NCBI GenBank assembly: GCA_905331295.1
Contig: CAJNYD010000005.1
Coordinates: forward strand, 310,001 to 374,000
Length of the DNA: 64,000 nucleotides
Direction: 5' to 3'
DNA from: Rotaria socialis
Lineage: Eukaryota
Under the pieces are notes generated by a model. That model was not told the origin of the DNA, searched no databases, and saw only the letters and a program-made list of their open reading frames with translations. Below are positions 12,442 to 24,676 of this stretch, in pieces; the first letter of the stretch is position 1, and every line of letters starts with the position of its first letter. A program made the translations under genes and the position numbers.

Positions 12442-14672
12442 ATGCATTCGTTAAACTCCTCACATCGTGCATCCGGAGATATTCCGTCGTCGATGTCATT
12501 GAGAGAAACACATATTGTAAACTTTTTTATTTCTCATTTTGTCTTTTTTTTTATTTCAATTTGTCGTCTGTTTTTTAAACTTCTTTAGTACGATATCAAT
12601 AGTCTGTCGGACAAGGACAAATTCAAATTATTATCTGCTAAAGCTCTTGATTATGTTAGTATAATTAATTGAAATATAAACATAAACATAAACAAAACTA
12701 AATAATTCAATTATAGATTGATCAGCACTGTGTTGTATCAATTCGTCTCGATGGTACTTATATTCCACCAGAATTACGACAATTGCTTGATCATAAACGC
12801 CCGCTTCATTTAAATGTTACAACTCAAGATGCCTTTTCTTTTGAAAGTAAGGCTTGCTTTCTTTTATATATGTATATTTATATTGAAAAAATTATTTTCT
12901 AAAGCATTTAAACGATGTGTAACGACATTTTTATCAAGAGAACGAGAATGCGATGAAAATAGTAATAGTGGACATGGTAATTGGAGTATTATAGATCAAG
13001 AAGTAATTTCTTCTTTTTTTTTTAGCCAATATAGTTACTTCATCGAAATATTTTTTTCTCTTAGTATCAAACAACAGTTATTATTGGATATGTATTTGAT
13101 GGTATCAAAGGATATAATGCTCCGAACTATATCTTTGAAAATTTGGTAAAAATAAATTTCATTGGATTATATTTATAAAAACGAGTAAAATTTAGGCTTA
13201 TTTTATTCGGTGTCTTCGACAACAATATCGATGTAAAATTACACTTTCATGTGAATCACCGGTTGTGAAATTATCATCAAAATTAACAGTGTCTATCACG
13301 TACATTTTAAATTCTATAATTCATTTTCTTACTTGTTTTTCTTTTAATTTGATAGACATGAATCACCAATAATTCGTCATTTGGCAGCAACTTATATGCA
13401 AAAAATGATGATAACAGCATTGACACAATGTGAAATGTATCATGTTAATCTGATTTTACATCAAAGTAAATTTTATTTTTTACTTGCTTAATATAATTTT
13501 TCTTATCTATTTAGATATGTCACCATCGATTGGAACACCACCTCGATTAGTTCAACCACCATCGTTAAATGATGCACGTCTTATTATTCCATCTTCATCA
13601 CAAACTATTAGTAATAAATTGAATTCATTATCATTATTAGATGGTAACTGAACTTATTTTTCTATGTAAAAATACACATTTCATCGGATCATTTTTAATT
13701 CAGGTTCATCGATTTGTAATGATCCACTTAATTTCAATGATATACTTCAGTCTGTTGTACCAACGACATTCGGATCTAGTTCGATTCGTATGTGAATAAA
13801 TATATATAGATTTTCTTTGATAAATTTATTATTTTATTATTTTCAGAATCAACACCATCAATTGGTCATCCAGCGATGACTCGTCCATATCCATCGTCTT
13901 CATTACTTCATAATCTTACTGTAAACTAATTTAATTGAATAATTTACTTTCAGTTTTTTCAAAATTTCTTTTCTATAGAATAATCTTGAACCAATAAGAC
14001 TTGATGATTTTCGTCTGAATCAGCATTATTTATCTGTAAGACTAATACTTTGATTTTTATGTATATTTTTTTTTTGTTAATATAATTAGACAAATATATC
14101 TAATAATATTGATACAATTAGTCCAACAGTTACTAGTAGTGTAGATGATTATCAACATGAAATTCGTCAAAGATGTGTACCAGTTGATCATGCTTCTCAA
14201 TTAGGAGCTATTTCAGATGTAACGGATGAAGAAGACGGAAGGTAAATTATTTCAATAAATGTCTTCAAAAGAAAGTCTTTCTTTTTGTTATATGTTTGAA
14301 AATAGTACTCGTCGTGTTGATCAACTTCCTTTCTTGGTACAAATTCGTGCACTTCAGCATCGATTTAATTCATATGGTATTCGTGTTGGTGAAGAATATT
14401 CTCGAATAACATCGATTCTTAATATTCCGCCATTGATATCAATTACTGAAACTGCTCGAGAAAGAAAAATTGGTACTAAGAAACAGTGGTATTTTTCACT
14501 TTTACTTGATGGTCATTTGATGTTGGCATATGTATGGGACTCGAAGAAAAATGATGCCAAACGACGTGCCTACGATACAATGGTACATCTGCTCAATACA
14601 ACACATGAATTTTCCATAAAGCCAGTAAAGAACAACAAATGGAAAGTTGTCAAAGCCACTCGACAAAGATGA
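12442..14672 (+). CDS. Uncharacterised 13-exon protein with degenerate KH-like domain, Ser/Pro-rich linker and C-terminal dsRBD-like domain
   Basis: A continuous frame can be threaded through 12 short GT-AG introns from ATG 12442 (MHSLNSSHRASG) to TGA 14672. The last exon has WYFSLLLDGHLMLAYVWDSKKNDAKRRAYDTMVHLL, resembling the dsRBD beta-beta-beta-alpha KK.AK..A end. Domain calls are by eye. Confidence 0.8.
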
Positions 14673-17600
14673 AAACTTGAATTTTTCTTTTCACTTTTCT
14701 TTTATATTCTTTTTCTTTTTATTTATTTAATAAAAAAAACCGTATTGAACAAAAGTTGAAATTATAAATTGCTGTTTTTTCTCAAAAAACTCCCAGCTCG
14801 AAATTTATATGAAATAATTTACAAACAAACATTAATGTTTGATTCATATTTTTAACGACAAAAAGAAATGAAAGTGCCATTTAGAACTGTTTAATAATAC
14901 ACTAATTTTAATAAATAGTTTTCTTTTTAATAATATTTTCTTTTGCATGATTTCTATTCTGATTAAATTTCTCCGTACAATTTTTCTATGCGCTTAATGC
15001 TTGTTGTTGTTATCATGATAAATTTGATGATCGTTGGCAAGAAAAAAGATTTTATTTTCAAATAACTATTGGTAAAATTTCCAATAGTCAGATAGTTTTT
15101 ATCGGAGGAACTTTTTAAAAATCTGATTGAGCAGCCCAATCTTTTTGACTGATTGCATGAAAACAATATTCCATTAGATTTTTAGTTTTTCATTATAGGG
15201 AATTGATTTCAATTTTATTTTTATAACATTAATGAAAGCTCGATTGATGATAGGGAAAAGTCGGTCATGTATATGAAAGAAAAAGGAAAAAAAAGAATAA
15301 ATATTGAATCTATGAAAGACATCTAATAAATCGTTATTTTAATCAGCTGTTTGTTTTCAAACGAAAAATGAAAAGATACTTATTCAAAGATAGGCAAGTG
15401 AAAAATGGTTTTATATACCCGATAAAACTATTTTTTACAAACTAGAAAGAAAATATTTCATAGCTGTTAGCAAAATAAATAATTTTCTTAACAAAATTAG
15501 CAGTAACTTTCTAACATGTTTTAGCCAATTACATCAAATGCTATACAACATCAATGGTAATTGTAAACGTGACCAACTTCTGACAATTGAACAAATTCTA
15601 GACCGGTCGGGTCTAATCAATCTAAAAATAGTTGTTAGCGCAATCGATGTGGGGTTAAAATGTGAAACACGATATAGCTACTGTTGCTCTCGTTTTCCTT
15701 TTGCTTTTTCCTTGAGAAATGAAATAAGGATGGATTTTATATATTATTGTAAAAAGCTGTTACTGATATGTGATCTGTAAACGTATATTAACAACTTGTT
15801 TCATGATCCTTAAGTCAACATTATTGGCAAGTCGATAAAAGTCCACAAGATTCACCAAGATTTTTTAAATGATAAAACTGATATTAAAAGTGAAATTGCG
15901 TTCTGAATTCCTACAGACTTTTACAATTGTCTCTTAGACTAGTTCTATTCGGTCAGTAAATCCATTAAATCAATTAGAAGTAACTCACAGAAATCTGGCA
16001 ATAGAACAGATCAGATGACACAATCGTCAAAATAGTTCTACACTACTTTATCGCATTAGTTTTAACCTCCTAGTCCCACCAGCAACACATTCTGCTTTAT
16101 GAGCTACTACGGGCACTAAAAAATGAAGATAGTCTATCAAAAATCTATATTTAAATAGTTTAATTTGTCTTTCAATATTAACTGATATAGAATTAACATC
16201 GATAACAACAACTCATTGTTTTCATCCATCATCAAAGTTGTCTGATTAATTTTATTTTAATTATTTTCTTTATTAGTAATAAAACAAATAATATGTTGTA
16301 GTTACGCTAGCTCATGTTGGATTCGTGTTAATTGTTGGTGTTGGAATTTTACTTGCAACAGGTGAAACTACTACTTATAACGCTTGAGATGAAACTAATT
16401 TATTTAAAAATAAAACCCAATATATAAAGAATATTGATCCCTACCAGTTACATGTTCAATTTATATTGAAGCTGAACTTCGATTTTATAGTGGGAAAGCT
16501 GTACTTTTCATATGCATACGATCTTATGAACGTTTTTTCTGACTATGTTGATAATGTTTCAAGAAAAAATTAGTTGTGTCGTTGTTGCTTGATTATACAA
16601 CCATTGTTGTTGTTGTTGTTGTTCTCCAAAATATATATCTGCTATTGATAATGATGCAAGTTTAGGTAGCTATTGTTTCTCATATGTCACCTAAAAATTA
16701 TATAATTTCATGAAGAAAGAAGCATGAAATAAGACGTAATGAATCTGAACAATCATGAGCTGAATGATTAACAATTGCTAAAACAAAACAAAATAATAAA
16801 TATTTATTATATCGAAATTAATTTAATTTTAAACACAAATAAATATACACATCGATATAGCCTAACATGTAGACATAAAGCTGGCGCATATAGTAACGTG
16901 CAAGACTAAACTTCATACATGTCAACCTTCATTATAATAATCTTCATATATTTCATGACTATTCTATAAATACGCTTCTCCTCCTAATCATGTTTCATTA
17001 TTTTGATCAGTTACTTGTTGTCGTTTATTTGTCTAATATCGTTTCTTTAAACAAAATTGCTTTACTCTATATGTAAAACGATTTCGACTGCTGAAGAAAG
17101 ACGATCAAAATGAGCACTTTAAACAACACATACGACTTTTGGTAGAATTATCAAATCCGAAAAAATCTCAACTATGAAATTTTAGATAATGATGAATGTG
17201 GAAAGTATGAGAAAAGAATGTCGTATTCTGAAATTTCAAAATGGCTGCCTGCTTTATCTATGACTGTTGATGAATGTCTTTTTGATCATATAGACATTGT
17301 ATTATTTCATTCTGTTTAGACGATTATTCGATTTTTTTACCAATTATCTTTTTCGTTAATTTGTCATGCTCAACAATAAGTAATAGAAAAAGTTCTTCTA
17401 TCTCTTCTATGCATCTTCTTAGAATATGATTAAAATCTTATTATTTATTTTAGTATCAATCTTCGATTTTTTGATTCATATAGGATAAAATTAATTATTT
17501 TGAGCGAAATAGTGAAAAAAACGCTTGAAAAAGAGAAAACGAAGTGAGGTTAATAAAAAATAATTCAAGGCAATCGGTAGAAGATAATATTCACAACACA

Positions 17601-19283
17601 AGCAACAATAGCAACAAGTTGCAAATTACTAATAACGAAGAAGTTTCAAATGCTATTTGTTGTTATTATCTATTGGTCAAATTCTAACATCGCTTTTAAC
17701 ATTTCTGTTAACGACGATGATATCGAATTACATGTTTCAAATAGTTGAGTTTGTAATGCTATTTGATTATTAAATCGATTGTTGACACAAACCTGGTTTC
17801 ATCATTAGATTATGTGTTTTTTTGAAAAGTAAAATAAATGGAAAAAAGATCAGTTTAGCAACATTGAAAATGAATAAAAACAGTTTGACCTCCTCCCCTC
17901 ACTTCAAGATTCTTGGTTGCGTGCCTTCTTGAGGATAATATTTTTATAATTGAAAACAAAAATTCTAATCTTGCCATAATGAGAAATCGTCTTACTTATT
18001 TTCAAGTCATCTTAATATGTCAGTTCCTCTTAAAAATAATTATATAGTACTCTTGTATTACTATTAACAAAAAATAATGATAACACACACACTTCAGTCT
18101 TTGTACATCTATTATTTTAATTAATTTACTATTAATTTTGTCCTAGAATGGAAAATTTATATTGAAGAAATATTTCGATATGATTACATTAGAAGAAAAA
18201 ATTCTAAAATAATCAATTATTTTTATTATCATGTCTTTTCGTCTTTTTTTTTCATCAAGATTTTTTCATCAGATTAATATAACAAAATACAAGTCTTGAC
18301 AAGGAAATGTGACGTACATCAATCAGATACAAGGAAGCACTTCTATTCCTGAGACCTTTTTGAGATTCAGAGCTTTTAGCATTTGGTCCGATGTTTGTTT
18401 TTATTTTCTGAGTATACGCTTACTAGTTTTTATGAAAGCAATTAAAGAATTTTTGGTTTATGTAAGAATAAAATTCATCTTCTTTTGAAATTCAAAGAAA
18501 ATAATATTTTTCGATTCGTCATCTTTACGTTCAATAAAAAAAATTGTCTTTGGAGAATATATTTCTAGAACGCTGCAAAATTCACTTCATGCGATAGAGA
18601 AAGAAATTGATATAAACTCGATCTAATTTATGTATTTTCTCTTTTAACATTGGTTCATATGTTTATATATAGACGATAGACGAAAATAAATCAGAATTTT
18701 AAAATAACATCATTACACCAATAACTAAATAAACTCTAATACTAAATTAGTCGATAAAACTGACTTTATTGACATTTAGTAGAACGAATAAAACAAATTA
18801 TTTTTTCTTTCATAAATTGTTTTTTGATGACAAATGCAAATGTAGTATTTTATGTTCGTACAAAACTTGTTGAACTAAAAAATGCTTACTGATTCGATCA
18901 ACTAGGTTTTCTATCACACACATAATACTGCTACGTGCATCAGACAGATATTGTTATAAAAATGAATAAACAAAAATTTCTCGCTTAAGCACGACCATTA
19001 AACTGATAGACATGATGAAAAAGAGAAAAAATGTTCTTAAATCACGCTTTTATCATTTTTCATCTGATTAAGTTTTCTACTAAAAAAAGGAAGGAAAAGA
19101 ATCATTGATAACTAGGTTTCTTTCTTTTCTTATGAGTATCGCGTAAAATAGAACAGCTGCTCCCAACTCCCATAATGTACGTATGTAACCTTGTGTTTGG
19201 TTTTCTCTAAATAATCATCATTGAATTATTCGTCAAAGTTTGACGCTGCTTTCCGTTCCATCGTTCTAGACGAGACAATCATC

Positions 19284-19310
19284 TCTTCTTCTTCTTCTTC
19301 TTCTTCTTCT
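19284..19310. repeat. (TCT)n microsatellite
   Basis: Tandem TCT run visible directly. Confidence 0.9.
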
Positions 19311-19699
19311 TTTTATCTGTTCCGAACGTATATGAAACAAGGCTTTCTTCTTTCATCAAACAAAATACTTATAATGATTATTCTTCTGCAAAAAAATAAA
19401 GATTTCATTGAGTTTTAATTGAATCGCTCAAGAGACTTTTAAAAATTCTAGACTACTAATAAATAATGATCTATATTTTGATTGGTCCAATATGAGAATA
19501 AAAAGGAAAGCAATGAATCGAAAAGATAGTCTCATTTTTCTCGGTGCCAAGATAGACAAGTTAGCTGTTCTCTTAGAATATTATTCTTTAGTATTCGCCA
19601 ATTACAATCTCTTGGTTAGTATAATCAAGTTTCTGCGTATATTTTTCTCTTGTTTTCCATCCTATACTTTAACATCTTCTCAACTTGTATGCTTTTCTA

Positions 19700-20645
19700 C
19701 TTGTCTGTTCGCCAGAAAGTGCGTGTATCGTCGTTTCTTTTTCTGTTCTTCTACCATTTTTCTACTCAATATTGATGGCAATGATATTCTCTGCGACATC
19801 GCCATCACCGCTCTTATCTCGCAGTGTTGCTTGCTCGATGATGGTAGCCGTGGAGAATACTGCATGCCGTCAAGCACTGGCAGGCTAATCACATTAATGA
19901 AGAAATTCTATCATCGTGTTGCTGCCCGCCCGCCCGTCCGTCCGTCATCGCCGTTTACTGACAAGAAAAAAGAAGAGAAAAAAAACGCAGAAAGACGGTA
20001 TCAACGAAGCGTTCGCAGCAGAGAAGATAGCTCGTCGGCAGCTGTTACTCGACCGACGACGAGTGTGAACTACTATCTACTATATTACATGAAACGAAGA
20101 AGAAAAGAAAAAATTGCGACAAGCGAACACGAGCAGTTCAGACACAGCCGCTGCTTATTGGTGGAGTATTGAGGAAGAAAGAATTTTTCCGTAAAAAAAA
20201 AGAGGTTTCAGCAGCATCAGAGAAACCTTTTTTCTCCGTTCTATCTATGTAATGCATAGAATAGAGTAGGCGACGACCCACAACACAACAACAATAACAA
20301 TATTGATTCTACCATTACTACTAACATAGAGCGGCCATAGCAATTCCCTTTACTCTCTCTCTCTCTCTCTCTCTCTCTTTTCCCATTCTCTTGTTAGAGA
20401 GCATCAACAATATATTAGTTAGTAGAAAATTGAGATTTTGTTTTTTCAGAAAATATTCAATAAAGGACTACTAACGATGTTTTATCATTTAAAAATCAAC
20501 GGGTATGAATATAAGAATTATTTATTTAGATTTGATTTATTTATTCTATCAAATATCTAGAATTGAACATCAGTTAATATAATTAAATTTTATCTTCATA
20601 CAAACACGCATACATCTATCTAATACACATACCTCAGTTGCTCAG
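19700..20645 (+). promoter_or_regulatory. GC-enriched probable promoter / non-coding first exon of the G-alpha gene
   Basis: Locally GC/CpG-rich, with purine tracts and a (CT)n run, ending at a donor-like CAG|GTAAC near 20645, ~2.1 kb upstream of the G-alpha ATG. Inference. Confidence 0.4.
20353..20378. repeat. (CT)n microsatellite
   Basis: Tandem CT run visible directly. Confidence 0.9.
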
Positions 20646-21548
20646 GTAACTAATTTTCTATTCTTACAAATTTCATTAGTATATAACAAGTATTAACAAT
20701 GAGACCACACTAACAAGTTTGTTTTTCCTTTATGTATTCTCGCCATTAAATAATCATGTAAGAGGGAATACAATAGAAATAAAATATTCAGATGAATAAT
20801 GATGTATCATATTTATTTTGAAAAGTACATTTCTTAAGAACTTAACTTAAATTTTCTTATTTTTACAATCAAAAAATTCAGTTTTTAACCTCATGATTTG
20901 TGATTTTCATACTGGTTTCTTTATCTTTGATTGTCAATATCTATGCTCATTTTTACTATTGGTCAGAAATTGTTGATTTGATGAGGATACTCCATGGTTT
21001 TGTCCTTTTCTAGCTTGATAATGATTGTGGGTTTTTGTCGTTTCCGTGGTAGTGTAAGTCCTGTTTTTACAACAGCGACAGATCCATAAAAAAAAAGAAT
21101 GCAGAACACATCCGACAGCTAGTAATGACGGAGAACAGAAAGAAACCGAAGAAGAACCCGAGCAAGCGAACTGAAAAGAGAGAAAAAGAATGGGCGCTTT
21201 TATGAGAAAAAACGGGAATATTCCACAGAGTTGCCGTATAGAGCGGATGCATTTCAAGAAAATAATTTAACTATGCGCGAATGTTCACACGCCGTATGAC
21301 TTTTTTCTCGTATTGAAAATTGCACTATTAACACAAGAAGAATATTAAATAAACCAATATGGTGAGTAGAAAAAAATAGTGGATCACAATATTTCTGTCC
21401 TTGTTAAAAAATATCTGTCGACTAATAATATATATATATAATGCATGTGCACGGTTCTGTCTGTTTTTTTCTTGTTCCATCATAGACACTTGCCAGTGTT
21501 TATCGTACTGAAATGAATGTAAAAACAAAAGAATATGCGAAACATAAT

Positions 21549-22116
21549 GGTGTCACCCCGATTCGTCCCTGATTGATCCCATGCCCAATTCGTTTCATTT
21601 AAATTTTTCTTAACTCGTCCCATTCCGAATTTGTACCTATCTCAATTCGTCCCATGCTTAATTGGTATCTAATTTTTCGGAATGTCGTGATTATCCATAT
21701 CTATTGAATGCTAAGTATACTAATCGCGATACCTTGTGTCTCGTTGATCTTCTGAAGTACGAAAAAAAACTTAGAAAATAGCGAGCACAAAGAAAATTGC
21801 TTTTATTTCTCTAGTAAACCAAATAACTCATGCTTAAGTTCACATATAGCGAAGGTTCAAAGTCTGTGTTGAACTTTAAAGGACATCAATGTACCAAAAA
21901 ATGGGAAAATAAAACTGGTCAAGAAAAAGAACATCAAAGAGAGTAATAGCTTTCATGTAATCTTATTTTTCTTTAATAATAAATAGATCTTTCTCTATAA
22001 AGCATTATATTACTCTACAGACAATCAGGGACGAATTGAGAGTTGCTGAGAAAAATACAGGGTCGAATTAAAAAAAATTTAAATGGGTCCAATCAGGGAC
22101 GAATCGTGGCTACACC
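21549..22116. mobile_element. Non-autonomous Mutator-like (MULE) element, 568 bp
   Basis: Imperfect TIRs GGTGTCACCCCGATTCGTCCCTGATTGATCCCAT versus revcomp end GGTGTAGCCACGATTCGTCCCTGATTGGACCCAT. 9-bp TSD AAACATAAT / AAATATAAT. Subterminal AATTCGTCCC motifs are shared with the element at 28075. Internal remnant FTYSEGSKSVLNFKGHQCTKK resembles the FLYWCH-like start of that element. Confidence 0.85.
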
Positions 22117-22752
22117 AAATATAATTCTTTGACTGATAAATCAATAGAAAATAAGAAAAGACCATAAGATATAACATTCGAGTGTGTCAATTTTATTCTC
22201 ACTATGATATGAAAACTAAGGAAACGGGAGTCAAATAATTTTTTCTAGAAGAATATCTTTATTTTTATTTAGTTGTAAAGAATATAGCTACACTTTTATT
22301 ACTTCTTTAATGATTAAAGTCATTAGAGGTATGTAAAAAACCGAGACGCAAGCATACATATTAAGAACCTTAGAAGATCTTATTCATCGATTGTATGAAT
22401 ATATGAATCATGTTGGTCAAGTTAGCTGCTTGTTTAATCAATATTGAAAAAGAAATATAGAACAATACACAATTTTTTTTGTAGTTTTTTATTCTTCTTT
22501 TTTGACTGTGGTTCAATATATTCTTTATCCGAAAATTTGCTCCGGAAACAACGCTTGTTCGGATTCCGAAGCCGGTAATTGCTATCCGGATCCGCTTTTC
22601 CCCTCAATTCCGTTCAGCAAGACGGCGTGCATCGAGTATAAGAAGGTCATCTATTGCAAAAGAATATTGCTGCACATACAATTTATTTATCTTCATAAGT
22701 TTGGAATATTTTATTTGTGTTTTAGTTACGTAAAAAACTACTTCCATCAGCA

Positions 22753-24277
22753 ATGGGTCTTTGTGCATCTGGTATGAGCTCAGAAGAGCGCGAAGCTATG
22801 GAGCGAAGCAAAGCATTAGATAAACAATTAAAAGAAGATGCTGAACGAGCAGCCAAAGATGTCAAATTACTTTTACTCGGTATTATCTATTTTGTTTTTT
22901 CAAATAAAAGGTTATTTTATTTTAATAATTGATAACACTAGGTGCTGGTGAATCTGGTAAATCAACAATATTAAAACAGATGAAAATTATTCATATGGAT
23001 GGATATTCTACAGAAGATTTCGAGCAGTATCGAGAAGTTGTTTATTCAAATACAATTCAATCATTAGCAACGATCATTCGAGCTATGGAAACACTTACTG
23101 TTCAATTTGGTTCAACTGATCGTGAACGAGATGCTGCCATGGGTAACTATTCATTCATTCATCATAGAGATGTACATTTAGTAATTGTTTTTGTTTTTAT
23201 ATTATTTTTAGTGTTAGACAAAATTTCTCGTATGGCCGATACAGAACCGTTTGAAAGTGAACTACTTGATGCCATGAAAAAATTATGGAATGATAATGGT
23301 GTTCAACAGTGTTTCAATCGTTCAAATGAATATCAATTAAATGATTCAGCTAAATATTTTCTTGATAAATTAGATGAAATCGGTTCACGACAATATTTAC
23401 CAAGCACCCAAGATATTTTACGTACTCGAGTTAAAACTACTGGAATAGTTGAAATTAATTTTACCTTTAAAGGTTTGTTTTTAAGAGTGATATATATATA
23501 TATATATTGACTAAATATATATCGCTTGTTTCTATCTGTTATATTTAGATCTTAATTTTCGTGTATTCGATGTTGGGGGTCAACGATCAGAACGAAAAAA
23601 ATGGATTCATTGTTTTGAAGATGTAACTGCAATTATTTTTATTGTTGCCTTGAGTGAATATGATCAAGTAAATTTTGTTTATTTCTATAAAAATATATTT
23701 CAATTTTTCTCTTTGTTTTTAAAGGTTCTCGTGGAAGATGAAACAACAAATCGTATGCATGAATCTCTTCGTTTATTTGATTCAATTTGTAATAATAAAT
23801 GGTTTGTTAACACATCGATCATTCTGTTTTTAAATAAAAAAGATTTATTTGCCGAAAAAATAACCCGTTCAAGTTTGAGGTATGCATACTTTTCTTTACT
23901 GTTATTCTTTTGATACTAATAATTTTGCTTTCAATAGAAAATGTTTCCCTGAATATCAAGGTAAAGATGAATATACTGAAGCTAGCGAATACATTCAAGC
24001 TCAATTTGTGGCACAAAACAAGAGCGAGCAAAAAGTTAGTGAAAAAAAACTTTGTTTTAATCGAAAATAACAATGTTTCTTTTTCCGTTTTTTTATAGGA
24101 AATTTATTGTCATTTAACATGTGCTACAGATACTAAAAATGTTCAATTTGTCTTGTAAGATAAATAGAAATATATAACATGAAGATTATTTCGAACTTTT
24201 TCTTTTTTTTCTCTTTTAGTGATGCCGTTACTGATGTCATCATAACGAACAATCTCCGTGCCAGTGGTCTCTACTAG
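22753..24277 (+). CDS. Heterotrimeric G-protein alpha subunit, Gi/o class (Go-like), ~8 exons
   Basis: [113 protein letters not shown]-terminus [18 protein letters not shown]. All G-boxes are intact. Confidence 0.95.
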
Positions 24278-24655
24278 ACAAATAATGACAACATTAATTC
24301 AAACATTTATTTGTTTCTTTAAAAAAACTTTCTTGCGTACATGCAGATACAAAGTATCGCCGCCGCTCAGCTTTTTGTCTCTTTTTATTTTGTCTCTTTT
24401 ATTTGTCACTTTCGACAAGCGCCGGTCGATGTCTCCTAATGCGTATATGATTTTCTGTCATCATTTCTGTTCATATTTTGATCTATCTAGAGTGTGACTA
24501 GTCACGTGTTTGATTGAAGACGGCTTTTTCTTCATGGCTGTCGTGCATGTTGTGTATCTTCTATTTCCCTGTTCTGGCTGCTTGTCGTCAATGTTGTTGC
24601 TGTTGTCGATTTGGCGTATCTAAGTTTTTTGCGCGTTTCTTCTCTTATCTGTAAA

Positions 24656-24676
24656 TGTGTGTGTGTGTGTGTGTGT
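24656..24676. repeat. (GT)n microsatellite in probable G-alpha 3' UTR
   Basis: Tandem GT run visible directly. Confidence 0.85.

Noticed and set aside
19492..20172. 226-aa ORF (and overlapping 19680-19892, 19685-19888)
   Set aside because: Low-complexity F/C/K/R/S translation with no domain; better explained as GC-enriched promoter or leader sequence.
22502..22777. 91-aa Cys-containing ORF and CCGGA-rich patch as a third MITE
   Set aside because: No TIRs or TSD; more likely a 5' UTR exon and intron of the G-alpha gene.
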